Assembly (NCBI GenBank): GCA_002811645.1
Contig: PDIP01000009.1
Span: 134,150-197,204, forward strand
Source: Corallochytrium limacisporum Hawaii
Lineage: Eukaryota; Protista; Pluriformea
DNA: 63,055 nucleotides
Direction of reading: 5' to 3'
Shown here: positions 11,211-21,159 of the stretch, piece by piece
Layout: each line of letters starts with the position of its first letter
Numbering within the stretch: position 1 is the first letter of the stretch
The notes under the pieces: generated by a model
Told to the model about the DNA's origin: nothing
Database searches by the model: none
What the model saw: only the letters and a program-made list of their open reading frames with translations
Program-made: the position numbers and the translations under genes

Positions 11211-12200
11211 CTACTCTTCTTCCTGCTGGCCATTCGTAAGATTGTCCAACCTGACATATCCCGGCAGATTCTCAGGTGCTTCCTTCCTGAGCGGGGCCTG
11301 GCGATATAGGGTTCCAGCAAGGACGCAGACAATGAGAGCAAAGATCCCAGTTCCGTTGGCATGCTGGTCCCAGATAGTAACATTGATGAGAATAGTTGCC
11401 AGCTTGCACAACACACCAACCAGAGTGAAAGACGTGGCACTAACCATTGCTCTCAAGTTGAATCCTGCATAGCTCATCCCAACTCCGGCAAGCATGGCAA
11501 GACCTAGAGCGATAATAGTCATTTGATCAAACTCAACCTCTGCGAGCTTCTGAAACTCGTTCATAACGACGCCAAAGAGGAAAACAGGAGGAATACTCAA
11601 TAGGTTGTTGTAGTACACCCGGCCCCAAGTCGTCATTTCCACAGTGTTCATCACGTGCTTAACATAGAGCATTTCGAACACGATGATCCCCAAGTACAAT
11701 ACTGCCCAACTGTAGGCAGTGACTTCAAAGCCGTCATCAGTCATGACATAGATGGAGGCACCGATCACAATGGCCGCCATTGCACCAAAGCTCTGATAAG
11801 AAGGCAGCTCTCGGTTCAAGAAGAAGTAATCGCCCACACTTACCGCCAGCGGTGTCAGACTGCGGAAAACGATGACAGTCTCAACATTAGCATATTCTAA
11901 TGTTTTCACATTGGTGTACAGAGCAACCGCAAAAACCAAAGCAATGGGTATAAAACTCTTTACCTTCTGCTCCTCAAGTGCATCCACCTTGAGTCCGTTT
12001 GTTCTCTGCAGGATCTTCACTACAACGGCGCTGGCAACTAGCTGGGTTATGATCACGAACGATGATGATTTCGCATGGAAAACAGCTAGTTTGTTTAAAA
12101 CCAGCAACGTAGACGAACAGAATGCATAGAATGCGATGGCAGACGCGACTATCGTGCGGTCCGATTCTTGTCCTTGCTGAGCTGGAATTGACACTGCCAT
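11211..12200 (-). CDS. Golgi nucleotide-sugar transporter (SLC35/TPT family; GONST3/4-type GDP-fucose/GDP-mannose transporter-like)
   Basis: About 10 TM helices; LLVLNK, NVETVIVFRSLTPL, WGRVYYNNLLS, SATSFTLVGVLCK. Confidence 0.88.
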   Translation of the reverse strand: MAVSIPAQQGQESDRTIVASAIAFYAFCSSTLLVLNKLAVFHAKSSSFVIITQLVASAVVVKILQRTNGLKVDALEEQKVKSFIPIALVFAVALYTNVKTLEYANVETVIVFRSLTPLAVSVGDYFFLNRELPSYQSFGAMAAIVIGASIYVMTDDGFEVTAYSWAVLYLGIIVFEMLYVKHVMNTVEMTTWGRVYYNNLLSIPPVFLFGVVMNEFQKLAEVEFDQMTIIALGLAMLAGVGMSYAGFNLRAMVSATSFTLVGVLCKLATILINVTIWDQHANGTGIFALIVCVLAGTLYRQAPLRKEAPENLPGYVRLDNLTNGQQEEE

Positions 12201-12755
12201 GTTGTCTCTGTCCCTGCTCTTGAAAATTTTGCGTCGCTAGATATTATCAGGTACAATAGAGCTGTAAATGGTTGATCATGCTCAGTGAAATAGTTTAAGG
12301 GCTGTGTTACTTATGCTGAACTGACAGAGTCATCGCAACAGACATCTTGCACTCGCCCTCCACGTTGCTATGCTCATGACGGCCGATATTCGCGACTCCC
12401 CTCTTCCGAAGAATACCACTAAGAGCAGATAGAGGGAGTGGGAAGTCCCAGGATAAATTCATAAAATTGCGTCGAAACAAAATCTGACTGTCCCCTATAT
12501 AGTGTGGGTAGGCGTATTGGGTTCGATTCAACTGCTTAAGGGTCACATACGGGTTCGTACTCGTTTCGAGAGGGTCTGTAAAAGGACAACAACAGGTTAC
12601 TTGTTTCGTTGGGGGGTCGGTGTTGATTCTATTGAAAGGGGACTTGGGGGGGGGGGGGTTGGGGGGAGAGATAATATCACCGCACATTCGTCGCAATCGG
12701 TGCCCACACTAATCCAAGAAGGTAATGTCCGTCCCCTCCCCGCGTACACACTCGT

Positions 12756-13670
12756 TCACATTGAAAACATGCCAGTGGTGCTTGCAGGTGTGATGGTGGG
12801 GCGCAGCGCCTCATAGCATCCAAGGATCTGATACTTTTCACTAAACTCCTCTATGGACCTCAATGCATTCTGCATTCTGGGGTCCTCTACGTTGCACTCA
12901 ATGTCCATATAGTAAGTGTACTCCCAGATGTGTGTGGCGCTGCTGACGCTGCCAGCTCTTGTCGACGGCCGACTCTCCACCTTACTAATATTAAGTTCTC
13001 GCATACTGAACGATGCGAAGGCGCGGAACAAGGCACCGGGAGAATTCTTCAACCAGAGGGCAATGGTGGTCTTGGCCTTGCTGGGACTCTTAACAGGCTT
13101 CTGATCCTTAGCAATCACGACATACTTCGTGAATGACCGGGGATCATCCTCACACGCCTGCCACAAGATATCCAGGCCGTACTGCCTGGCAGCATTGGCA
13201 GATGCAACAGCGACCTGAGCAACGTTAGCATTCTCCTTGACGTATTGACAGGCGAGCGCTGTGTCGGCGAGAGAAAGGAGCCGCAACTGCGGAAACTTCT
13301 TGTTCAGGTTTACTTCGCACTGGTCAAAAACTACTGGGTGGCTATAAGCTTCCGTACGCTCATGGAGTTCAAGGCCAGGTAGGCCGCACACGCAGAGTTC
13401 ATCATGCAATGCAAGCTCTCCAACGATACGATTACCCTTTGCCAAGAAGAGATCGTACACATTTCGGAAGTTCCCGGACATACTGTTCTCGATCGGGAGC
13501 ACAGCATAGCTAAGTTCCCCACTTGCAACCTTCTCAAACAATGAGATTACAGATTCCACGCCCACAAACTGCGTTGGAATCTCGTTTCCAAAGGAATACT
13601 CATCAAAGAAGCGCTTGGCAGCATTTTCACTGAACGCGCCCACGGCACCCGCAAACCCAACTTTGACCAT
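12756..13670 (-). CDS. PHA2: Prephenate dehydratase with C-terminal ACT domain
   Basis: GAFSE.AA, LPIENSMSG, YSHP...QC, PGAL, NISKVESRP, W.Y..Y.D, ILGCY. Likely ATG at 13670. Confidence 0.92.
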   Translation of the reverse strand: MVKVGFAGAVGAFSENAAKRFFDEYSFGNEIPTQFVGVESVISLFEKVASGELSYAVLPIENSMSGNFRNVYDLFLAKGNRIVGELALHDELCVCGLPGLELHERTEAYSHPVVFDQCEVNLNKKFPQLRLLSLADTALACQYVKENANVAQVAVASANAARQYGLDILWQACEDDPRSFTKYVVIAKDQKPVKSPSKAKTTIALWLKNSPGALFRAFASFSMRELNISKVESRPSTRAGSVSSATHIWEYTYYMDIECNVEDPRMQNALRSIEEFSEKYQILGCYEALRPTITPASTTGMFSM

Positions 13671-14365
13671 GGTCTTGTCTTTGAAATTTCCTCCAAGCAC
13701 ATTGAATCTCTTATTCTTAGGTAAGAATTTAAAGTGAAATTATGATCATCCAGCAATTATATACCCGTATGTCCGATATTGGAGTTCAAAACAGGCTGGT
13801 GGAGTGACATTGCAATCGTTGGTACCGACCTTTGTTCACAGGGCGGGTCCCGGCCCAAGTGGGTTTGCGCAGTGTCATCTGTGCATTTGGACTGCGGACC
13901 GAAACTCAACTGGAAATGGCTCATGTAAGCTAAATGGTACATTCACTACGGACTTGCCACGGCAAAACAACACGAGTAGTATCGCTGAGAGAAAGCCACT
14001 CCTTCTTTGCTGGGGGTTTCCCTGCTGCGCCAAGTAGGTCGAGTGCGCTGGAGGTACTAAATATATGGGTCCCTCTGTTGTGCCTCTCTCAAGTGCATAC
14101 TTAATTGATGGGGGGACAGGCGCGGAGACTTACGAACTCGTAACGCTCCTGACACGGTATTTTTTGGTCCTGGCGTGACAATTGCGATGGTAGCTATTTC
14201 AAAATTGAGCAAGGCCTACAATATCGAGCAATGCTGAAATTCCTGTGAACACTAGAGAGCAGTGAATATCACTCTGTAGATTAGATTTCTCAGCGATACA
14301 GATCAGTCTTCAATGGATCATGGAGCAGACAGATAGTAGATAGATCCCATTCTTGACAGTGAGAT

Positions 14366-16753
14366 ATGAGCAGAAAGGTTAAGATCAAGTACACCCTCAG
14401 CAGCGGTGTACAGGAAGGACACCATTTCGGCATAAATGCGTTTGCGCTGCACGAAGACAAAAGCACCATCTTCACTGCTAGCAGAGATGCCACAGTACGT
14501 CGTTGGGGTTTGGATGCCTTCTATACTGAACGGTGCAAGCCACAGCAGGTCTACACCGGACACACTGACTGGGTTAACGATGTAGTCTGGGTGCCCAACA
14601 ATGATCTGATGTTTAGCTGTAGTAATGACTCCACGGTAAAGGTTTGGCAGAGCTCTACGGGTGCCTTACACACAACTCTCGATACCCACAGTGACTATGT
14701 TAAGAAGCTGGCGTTTGCCCAGGAGAAGAATACAGTGCTGTCAGCCTCCCTGGATCGTACCATTTTGGTGTGGGATGTGGCTGCCATGGGCGGGGAAACG
14801 ACGGGCACGGAGCCAGTGATGAGACTGAATGGACACAAGGAGAGTGTATACAGTGTCGTGGTAAACAAGGAGGGTACGTTGGCAATCAGCGGTGGCATAG
14901 AGAATAGTTTACGTATGTGGGACCTGCGCAGCGGTCAGAAGATATCCAAGCTCAAGGGACATAACGATATGGTACGTGCCATTCTCTTGGATCCCAGTGG
15001 TCGCTTCTGCTACTCTGGAAGCAGTGATCAGTCCCTAAAGGTATGGGATCTTGGGCAGCAGCGGTGCGTGTCTTCCTTTGACATCCACGACGATAGCATT
15101 TGGGCACTGAGTGCGTGCAGTAAATTTGCCAACATCTACTCCGGTGCGCGTGATGGACGTGTGATTGTGAGCGATCTGGCAGCAGAGACACATCGGCCAA
15201 TCATTCAAGCCCGTTCACACATCCTCAACATTGCTTGTGTAGAGAACGCGACGAAGATGATCATCGCCAACCCAGAAAGTACGTTACCGGTGTACGCAAT
15301 CCCCGCGGAAGAGACCGATATCAGTGACACGCCAACGGGAGCAATTAAGGGGTCAAGTGGTATCACTCAGGTGCAAATTCTTAACGACCGGCGTCATGTC
15401 ATCTCAAAGAATGCCGCGGGGCATGTCCAGCTGTGGGATCTGTGTGCGGCAGGCTTGCTTGAAGATCTTGGGGACGTTGACTTTGAGGCAGCGGTGTCGG
15501 AACGGTTCAAACCACTCAGCATCCCGACCTGGTGCTCTTTGGATATCAAGACAGGTGTCATCAATGTGATTATTGATGAGCTGCAAGCCTTCTACGCCGA
15601 GGCGTATGCCACGGACCTCGACTTTACGCGCCACAGAGATGACGAAAGAGTGAACATCGGTGCTCTGGTGCTACAGGCGCTGTTCGAACCGTTCCGTGCG
15701 ATGATTTCAAAAATTGTCTCCGTGCGACAAGGGGCACTCTCAGGTCGTGAGGTCCCCGAGGACGTCCAGAGCTTGGCACAGGACGAATCGGACACCTACG
15801 CGCCTCTGCGCGCAGTTTGCATACGGATCGCAGCTGCACGGCGATCCCGGGCAACTGGTCAGGACCATGCCTTGGTGGCAATGAGTGAGACCGACGAGAA
15901 GCAGCGTGCGGTGAATGCCCAGGCTCGAGCCTCCAATGCTGCCAACGCCCATGTTCGTGCCCAAATGTTAGCCAAACAGGCGTCTGCTAGTGCACCCCAT
16001 AATGGTGACACTGAGGGAAATGATAACGAGGGCAACAGAGAGGAAGCTAATGCAAAGAAGCCTGACGAAGCACAGCCTAACGGCGATACAAACGAGGCGG
16101 AGGCGATGAACTCTGAAGAAAAGAAGACCGACACAGCTGACGGGGAACCCATTGGAGATTCACCAAAAGAATCGCCTACGAGAACGAATCCAAGCCGTGA
16201 TCTGGCACGTGACGGTAGCACCACCCAGACTGAAGTACCTCTGGATCCCAACCGGAAGAGTACCGACGAGTACAGCATTCACACGGGCCACAACCACTTC
16301 GTCATTCCAGATGACACCCTCGTCACCATCACTGCCGGAAATATTGTACAGTACATTGGACCGAAGGCACAGCTGCGGGACCTTGAAGTGTCAAATCGGG
16401 TGGCTGAAATCCTTCCGAAATGGATCGAAGCGTGTGTCTTCCGAAACCAGATTCCGTTCATTGACGCGCCGAAGATTGCCTTTTACCTGTCCTGTATGGA
16501 TGAGGGGCTGCCGGCCCTGCCGAAGGGCAACAAACTTATCGCCAATCGTTCGCTGCAGGTACGTAAGGTCTTAGAGTACGTCTCCAGTAAGATTTCTACC
16601 GATGAGAAGCGATACGGGCCTGAGGACATCACTATAGCATGCAACGATCACGATGTCACGGCTGATTTAACACTGGGTGCAATCAAATTACACATGTGGC
16701 GCGGTACAAGTGACGAGCTTACCCTTCAGTATAGGGGTAAGACCACAGCGTAG
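14366..16753 (+). CDS. WDR48: WD-repeat protein 48 (UAF1, cofactor of USP1/12/46)
   Basis: HTDWVNDV, HSDYVKKLA, GHKESVYS, LKGHNDMVR, KVWDLGQQRC, PTWCSLDIKTG, and a C-terminal SUMO-like region (PKIAFYL, L.A...LQVRKV.EYV, LTLQYR). Confidence 0.95.
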   Translation: MSRKVKIKYTLSSGVQEGHHFGINAFALHEDKSTIFTASRDATVRRWGLDAFYTERCKPQQVYTGHTDWVNDVVWVPNNDLMFSCSNDSTVKVWQSSTGALHTTLDTHSDYVKKLAFAQEKNTVLSASLDRTILVWDVAAMGGETTGTEPVMRLNGHKESVYSVVVNKEGTLAISGGIENSLRMWDLRSGQKISKLKGHNDMVRAILLDPSGRFCYSGSSDQSLKVWDLGQQRCVSSFDIHDDSIWALSACSKFANIYSGARDGRVIVSDLAAETHRPIIQARSHILNIACVENATKMIIANPESTLPVYAIPAEETDISDTPTGAIKGSSGITQVQILNDRRHVISKNAAGHVQLWDLCAAGLLEDLGDVDFEAAVSERFKPLSIPTWCSLDIKTGVINVIIDELQAFYAEAYATDLDFTRHRDDERVNIGALVLQALFEPFRAMISKIVSVRQGALSGREVPEDVQSLAQDESDTYAPLRAVCIRIAAARRSRATGQDHALVAMSETDEKQRAVNAQARASNAANAHVRAQMLAKQASASAPHNGDTEGNDNEGNREEANAKKPDEAQPNGDTNEAEAMNSEEKKTDTADGEPIGDSPKESPTRTNPSRDLARDGSTTQTEVPLDPNRKSTDEYSIHTGHNHFVIPDDTLVTITAGNIVQYIGPKAQLRDLEVSNRVAEILPKWIEACVFRNQIPFIDAPKIAFYLSCMDEGLPALPKGNKLIANRSLQVRKVLEYVSSKISTDEKRYGPEDITIACNDHDVTADLTLGAIKLHMWRGTSDELTLQYRGKTTA

Positions 16754-16777
16754 ATATTGCAAGCACGGAACTTCCGC

Positions 16778-16783
16778 AATAAA
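16778..16783 (+). promoter_or_regulatory. Candidate AATAAA polyadenylation signal of WDR48
   Basis: AATAAA about 25 nt after the WDR48 stop codon. Confidence 0.45.
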
Positions 16784-17076
16784 GTATCCCCTTTGTCCTT
16801 GAATGTGTAAGTCAGCAGGCGCGCAAGTCTGTACGATATATGATAATTCTGCGATGAAGTGGTCTCTTAACGCCGCTAGTACCGGTGAGCAGTCTCCGAC
16901 ATGCCCACACTCGTCTGGGCGCACAGGGCGCCCCCAGTTTCCAGCAAAAGTCCGGCACCGGTGGGTGAGTTGGGGGAAAAGGGGCGGGGGAACTCTCCCG
17001 AGCAACCGTCCGGACGCCCCAAGGGAACACACCCTTCACTAGCAGCAGGAACAGCAGGAACAAACAACACACGACC

Positions 17077-17235
17077 ATGACCGAAGAGACCCGGGCTCTG
17101 GTCCTAGCTTACTGCAACGCCACCTACTCTTCTCCGGACGAGTCGAGCACCGAGCCTTCTGGATTTGGCATTGACCCCTCAACCACGCTCATTGAGGATG
17201 TGATGCTTGAGACGGACGAGTTTGAATCACAATGA
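17077..17235 (+). CDS. Possible 52-aa acidic microprotein
   Basis: MTEETRALVLAYCNATYSSPDESSTEPSGFGIDPSTTLIEDVMLETDEFESQ*. ACCATGA start after an A/C-rich leader and a GC-rich island. Below the ORF-track size cutoff; no homolog recognised. Confidence 0.35.
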   Translation: MTEETRALVLAYCNATYSSPDESSTEPSGFGIDPSTTLIEDVMLETDEFESQ

Positions 17236-18002
17236 ATCACAACTTTCACCAGACTCTACGTCTGTCCGGATGCTTGAGATGACGCTGCATAGCATTACCG
17301 ACAATCCACACTTTCGTTTGGACATGCTCTGAAACTTGGAGGCGGTGCTGCCACAGGCAAATTCATAGTTACGTGTGCCCCTGGAGAGAAGACAGCCAAA
17401 TTCCAAAGAAGTTTGTGTAAGGTATATTAAACGTGTATCCCCTCCCCCGGGGGGGGGGGAAGGTCCCGGCGGGCGGGAAAAACACACACATTTCAGAAAC
17501 ACACACAAATATGAACGACCAAAAATTGGAGTAAACTTTCGTTTTCTAGTGATTTTGGATGGGGGGGGGGAAGGGGGGCTCTTCTTGTCAATTTAGCCTC
17601 CATTTCACGGTGGCCTGGGCGGTCATATTGAATGTACCAAAGTTGGTTGGCACAGACAGTACTCTATACATTCTGAACTGGCACCCGCGCCCTTCCCATG
17701 GCTAGAGTACTGGAAATGTAGAACTGGTGGTGTCCTTCCATGTACAAACGTAGGAAAGCCAGGTTCAACACAGCTGAGTAGACGGCCAAGTGGCCGCAGT
17801 ACTCAGGCACTTCGCCCTTCATATTCCTTGCACTGTGGGCATAGTCGCATGTGATATACAGAGCTTATAAAATTATAAATACAATGATCAACCACTCAAG
17901 CTATTTGGATCAAGCACGGGTATATGAGACACAGCTGGCAAACGAGCAAGTTTACTGCTACCGGTTTATTTTTTAGTAGATTGGATAAATAAATCAGCAA
18001 GC

Positions 18003-18782
18003 ATGGCTGTTGGCAAGAACAAGCGCCTGTCGCGTGGTAAGAAGGGACAGAAGAAGAAGATTATCGATCCCTTCACCCGCAAAGACTGGTACAACATTAA
18101 GGCCCCGGGTCTGTTCTCCGTGCGCGATGTGGGTAAGACTCTTGTGAACCGCACCCAGGGTACCAAGATCGCCTCTGAGGCTCTGAAGGGTCGCGTCTTC
18201 GAGGTTAGCTTAGCCGATCTGAACAAGGATGAGGATCAGAACTACCGCAAGATGCGCCTGGTCTGTGAGGAAGTGCAGGGACGCAACATCCTCACTAACT
18301 TCCACGGTATGGACTTCACCACTGATAAGCTCCGCTCTCTGGTCAAGAAGTGGCAGACTCTCATCGAGGCCCACGCTGACGTGAAGACCCTCGACGGATA
18401 TGTTCTGCGTATGTTCTGCATCGGTTTTACCAAGCGCCGCCCCATGCAGGTGCGCAAGACCTCTTATGCTCAGAGCAGTCAGATTCGTGAGATCCGCCGC
18501 ATCATGGTTGAGCACATGACTCGCGAGTCCACCGTCTGTGACCTTAAGGATCTGGTCAAGAAGTTCATCCCCGAACAGATTGGCAAGGACATTGAAAAGC
18601 AGTGTGAGTCTGTCTACCCTCTGCAGAACGTGTTCATCCGCAAGGTCAAGATCCTGAAGAAGCCTAAGTTCGATGTTACCAAGCTCATGGAACTCCACGG
18701 TGGAGACCTCGGCGGCGAGGACCTCGGCACTGGTGTGCCCCGCGGTGACTTTGTTGAGCCCGCCCCCCAGGAGTCTGTCTAA
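18003..18782 (+). CDS. RPS3A: 40S ribosomal protein S3a (eS1)
   Basis: [63 protein letters not shown]; strong codon bias. Confidence 0.99.
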   Translation: MAVGKNKRLSRGKKGQKKKIIDPFTRKDWYNIKAPGLFSVRDVGKTLVNRTQGTKIASEALKGRVFEVSLADLNKDEDQNYRKMRLVCEEVQGRNILTNFHGMDFTTDKLRSLVKKWQTLIEAHADVKTLDGYVLRMFCIGFTKRRPMQVRKTSYAQSSQIREIRRIMVEHMTRESTVCDLKDLVKKFIPEQIGKDIEKQCESVYPLQNVFIRKVKILKKPKFDVTKLMELHGGDLGGEDLGTGVPRGDFVEPAPQESV

Positions 18783-19414
18783 ATGTTTATGACACGACTG
18801 CCTAAATTGTGGTTAACATAACAACAACTTCATATTTAATTCTCTTTCAGCATGTAACGTAATCATGTCCATAGCATAACACAAAAGCCAAACTTCACAA
18901 CAACAAAATATCGCATGGATTTAAGCATCATGGGGTCTTTCTACATGGTCTCTATGTAGAAATGCTTGTCGTGGTCTTAGCATATAGTTTCAAATCCCGC
19001 GACTATTTTGCCAGCTTTGAGCATAATTCTCCTTTTATATTAAACAGAAAGTTCATCGTTTCTATACAGCAGTCTTGTCAGAGCATAGTTGGGCACCCCA
19101 TGGTGCCAATGTAATGCGGTTGTTTGGGAAGGGTAGATAGACTTTAATCTGTGTACACGTCAATGGTCCCAGAGTTTCGGCTTGCTGGTGGGCGGATCCT
19201 TCCAGTGACACATCAATGCAGCTTTGTCAGTGGCACTCTTTTGAGTCCCACAGACTTTTCACGCACGTAGCCAACTGATTGTGGCTCATCTATGCCCCAG
19301 CGTCTTTTTGTGGACTGGTTTTGTCGTCCACCATGGTCCCCCATGCGCATAGCAGAATGCCATTTCTTTCATGAGGCTCAAGAATGATTCTTTGGTTACA
19401 CTCAATATTGGTTC

Positions 19415-20173
<759 letters not shown>

Positions 20174-21159
20174 TTAAATGTAGCCAAGAGTAAATTTGAA
20201 CTTGATCTAAGGACACTGATACACCAATCGCACTCTCTTTTGAAACGATACCCTGTCTGTTTTGTACGACCTCGCTGCAGACTATGTTATCCTGATGAAC
20301 CGTCACGAATGTTGATGGGCAACCCAACTTCAGACCGGCTCTTTCATACCTTTGATCTACAGTGAAGGAAAAAGATATGAAATCACAAGCACCAAGAGCT
20401 TCTTCTACATTACGCTTATGAGAGAATGAAGAATCAAAGAAATGAACACAAGAGAAATGGAGACACTCTCCGCGTCCTTTGAACGTCGCGCTCAATGCCT
20501 GTGCAAAGCCACCGAGAGTCCGACCGCACCGGTCACCATCGGTCCCTGCAATCTTCCCATCTCGCGCGCCTCAATTTCCGTCCAAATTTGCCATTGTCTC
20601 AGTACAGAGGTGGTGTCGTTGTTTTGTCGTTTTGGTCCCTCTGGGGGTGGGGTACGGGTGGGGATCTCTTTCAACGTTCCCCAATGAGGACAGAAGCGGG
20701 GTTTCGTTCCTCCCGCTCTTCCTGAGCGCCCCGGGCGACGAATGCATTCGGTCGCTGGCAGCGCTCCCGCTAGGGGAAGGGTCACGGGCACCCGGAAACC
20801 ACGGCCCTCAGAAGGCGGGTATTGTAAAGGGGGGGTGTGTGTGTCTTTTTTTTTTTGGAATTCTAGCCCGCCGGTGCGCTTGACCCGGTAGGGCGGGCTG
20901 CTGATTGAAGGAGGGGAGGAACGGGGACCATCGGGGAGGATCAACTGGGTGAGTTCAACCCGAAGGTCTCAGTGGGAACAGTCGACTGCGGAGAGAAGGC
21001 CCCCTTTGGGGGGGGGGGTGCGGGTCCCCTGGCAAAAACTGTTCAGACGCCGGCCCACCCTCCCTGGGTTTGCTTTGGAAAATCAATACAAAAGTAGTTA
21101 ATCAATTTTTATACATTTACTGGGTTTCAGTATTGGGAGGGCGGGAATCAGTTAAGCAA

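Noticed and set aside
12519-12565. GGTTCGATTC and GGTTCGTACTC, resembling tRNA T-loops or B-boxes
   Set aside because: I could not form a T-stem, acceptor stem or cloverleaf.
17645-17825. Short minus-strand ORF MKGEVPEYCGHLAVY...
   Set aside because: It lies antisense within the likely RPS3A upstream region and has no recognisable motif.
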